Assembly: GCA_963844965.1 (NCBI GenBank)
Contig: CAWJQC010000003.1
Span: 1-34,664 of the forward strand
Direction of reading: 5' to 3'
Length of the DNA stretch: 34,664 nucleotides
From: an uncultured bacterium
GTDB taxonomy: Bacteria; Patescibacteriota; Minisyncoccia; UBA6257; 2-01-FULL-56-20
Each line of letters starts with the position of its first letter. Position 1 is the stretch's first letter. This document shows, one piece after another, positions 34,613-34,664 of this stretch. The position numbers and the translations under genes are program-made. A model generated the notes under the pieces. The model ran no database searches and was not told the DNA's origin. It worked only from the letters and a program-made list of their open reading frames with translations.

Positions 34613-34664
34613 GACACAATGGTAGTTTGTTTCGACCTTTGTGTCTAAATTATCCTATCCGGGT

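Larger units (their letters stand above)
33540..34664 (-). mobile_element. IS3-family insertion sequence (orfA/orfB). It is visibly more GC-rich than its surroundings. Its 5' end runs to or beyond the window edge.
   Basis: The orfA protein ends 'LSQAQKKN*' through the slippery heptamer A AAA AAG (7 T on the + strand at 34356-34362). The DDE orfB lies downstream in the -1 frame. Confidence 0.7.

Overview
This 34.7 kb window looks like accessory DNA from a small-genome bacterium. The def-fmt arrangement, ribosomal proteins L9/L27, standard TAA/TAG/TGA stops and many 4HB/GxxExxY genes fit a CPR-like lineage, but that cannot be proven from sequence alone. A housekeeping cluster (def, fmt, sodA, ctpA, rplI, rpmA, thpR) is interleaved with a mosaic of repeat-laden cargo.

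The headline feature is a complete diversity-generating retroelement (DGR) at about 9.6-13.0 kb. It has a target gene with a C-terminal variable repeat (VR) at 10215-10342. It has an Avd gene and a frameshifted DGR-type reverse transcriptase. The template repeat (TR, 11061-11188) differs from the VR at 14 positions, and every one is an adenine in the TR. An extra repeat-flanked 4HB gene is inserted between VR and TR.

Around it lies a family of large, partly frameshifted surface-protein genes. They carry Kelch-like propellers or 100-aa tandem repeats and share a roughly 240-aa Cys-containing C-terminal domain. There is evidence of recombination between paralogues.

The window also holds:
- dockerin-like and cohesin-like secreted proteins;
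- a REP/RAYT locus;
- a fragmented GC-rich IS3-family element at the window edge;
- many distinct arrays of 7-9 bp tandem or palindromic repeats.

These repeat arrays flank small four-helix-bundle (4HB, PF05635-like) and GxxExxY (PD-(D/E)XK) genes, and some run through them in frame. They also overwrite parts of fmt and def, and one array sits in the signal peptide of a surface-protein gene.

Two frameshifts fall in G homopolymers, so part of the frame disruption may be sequencing error.
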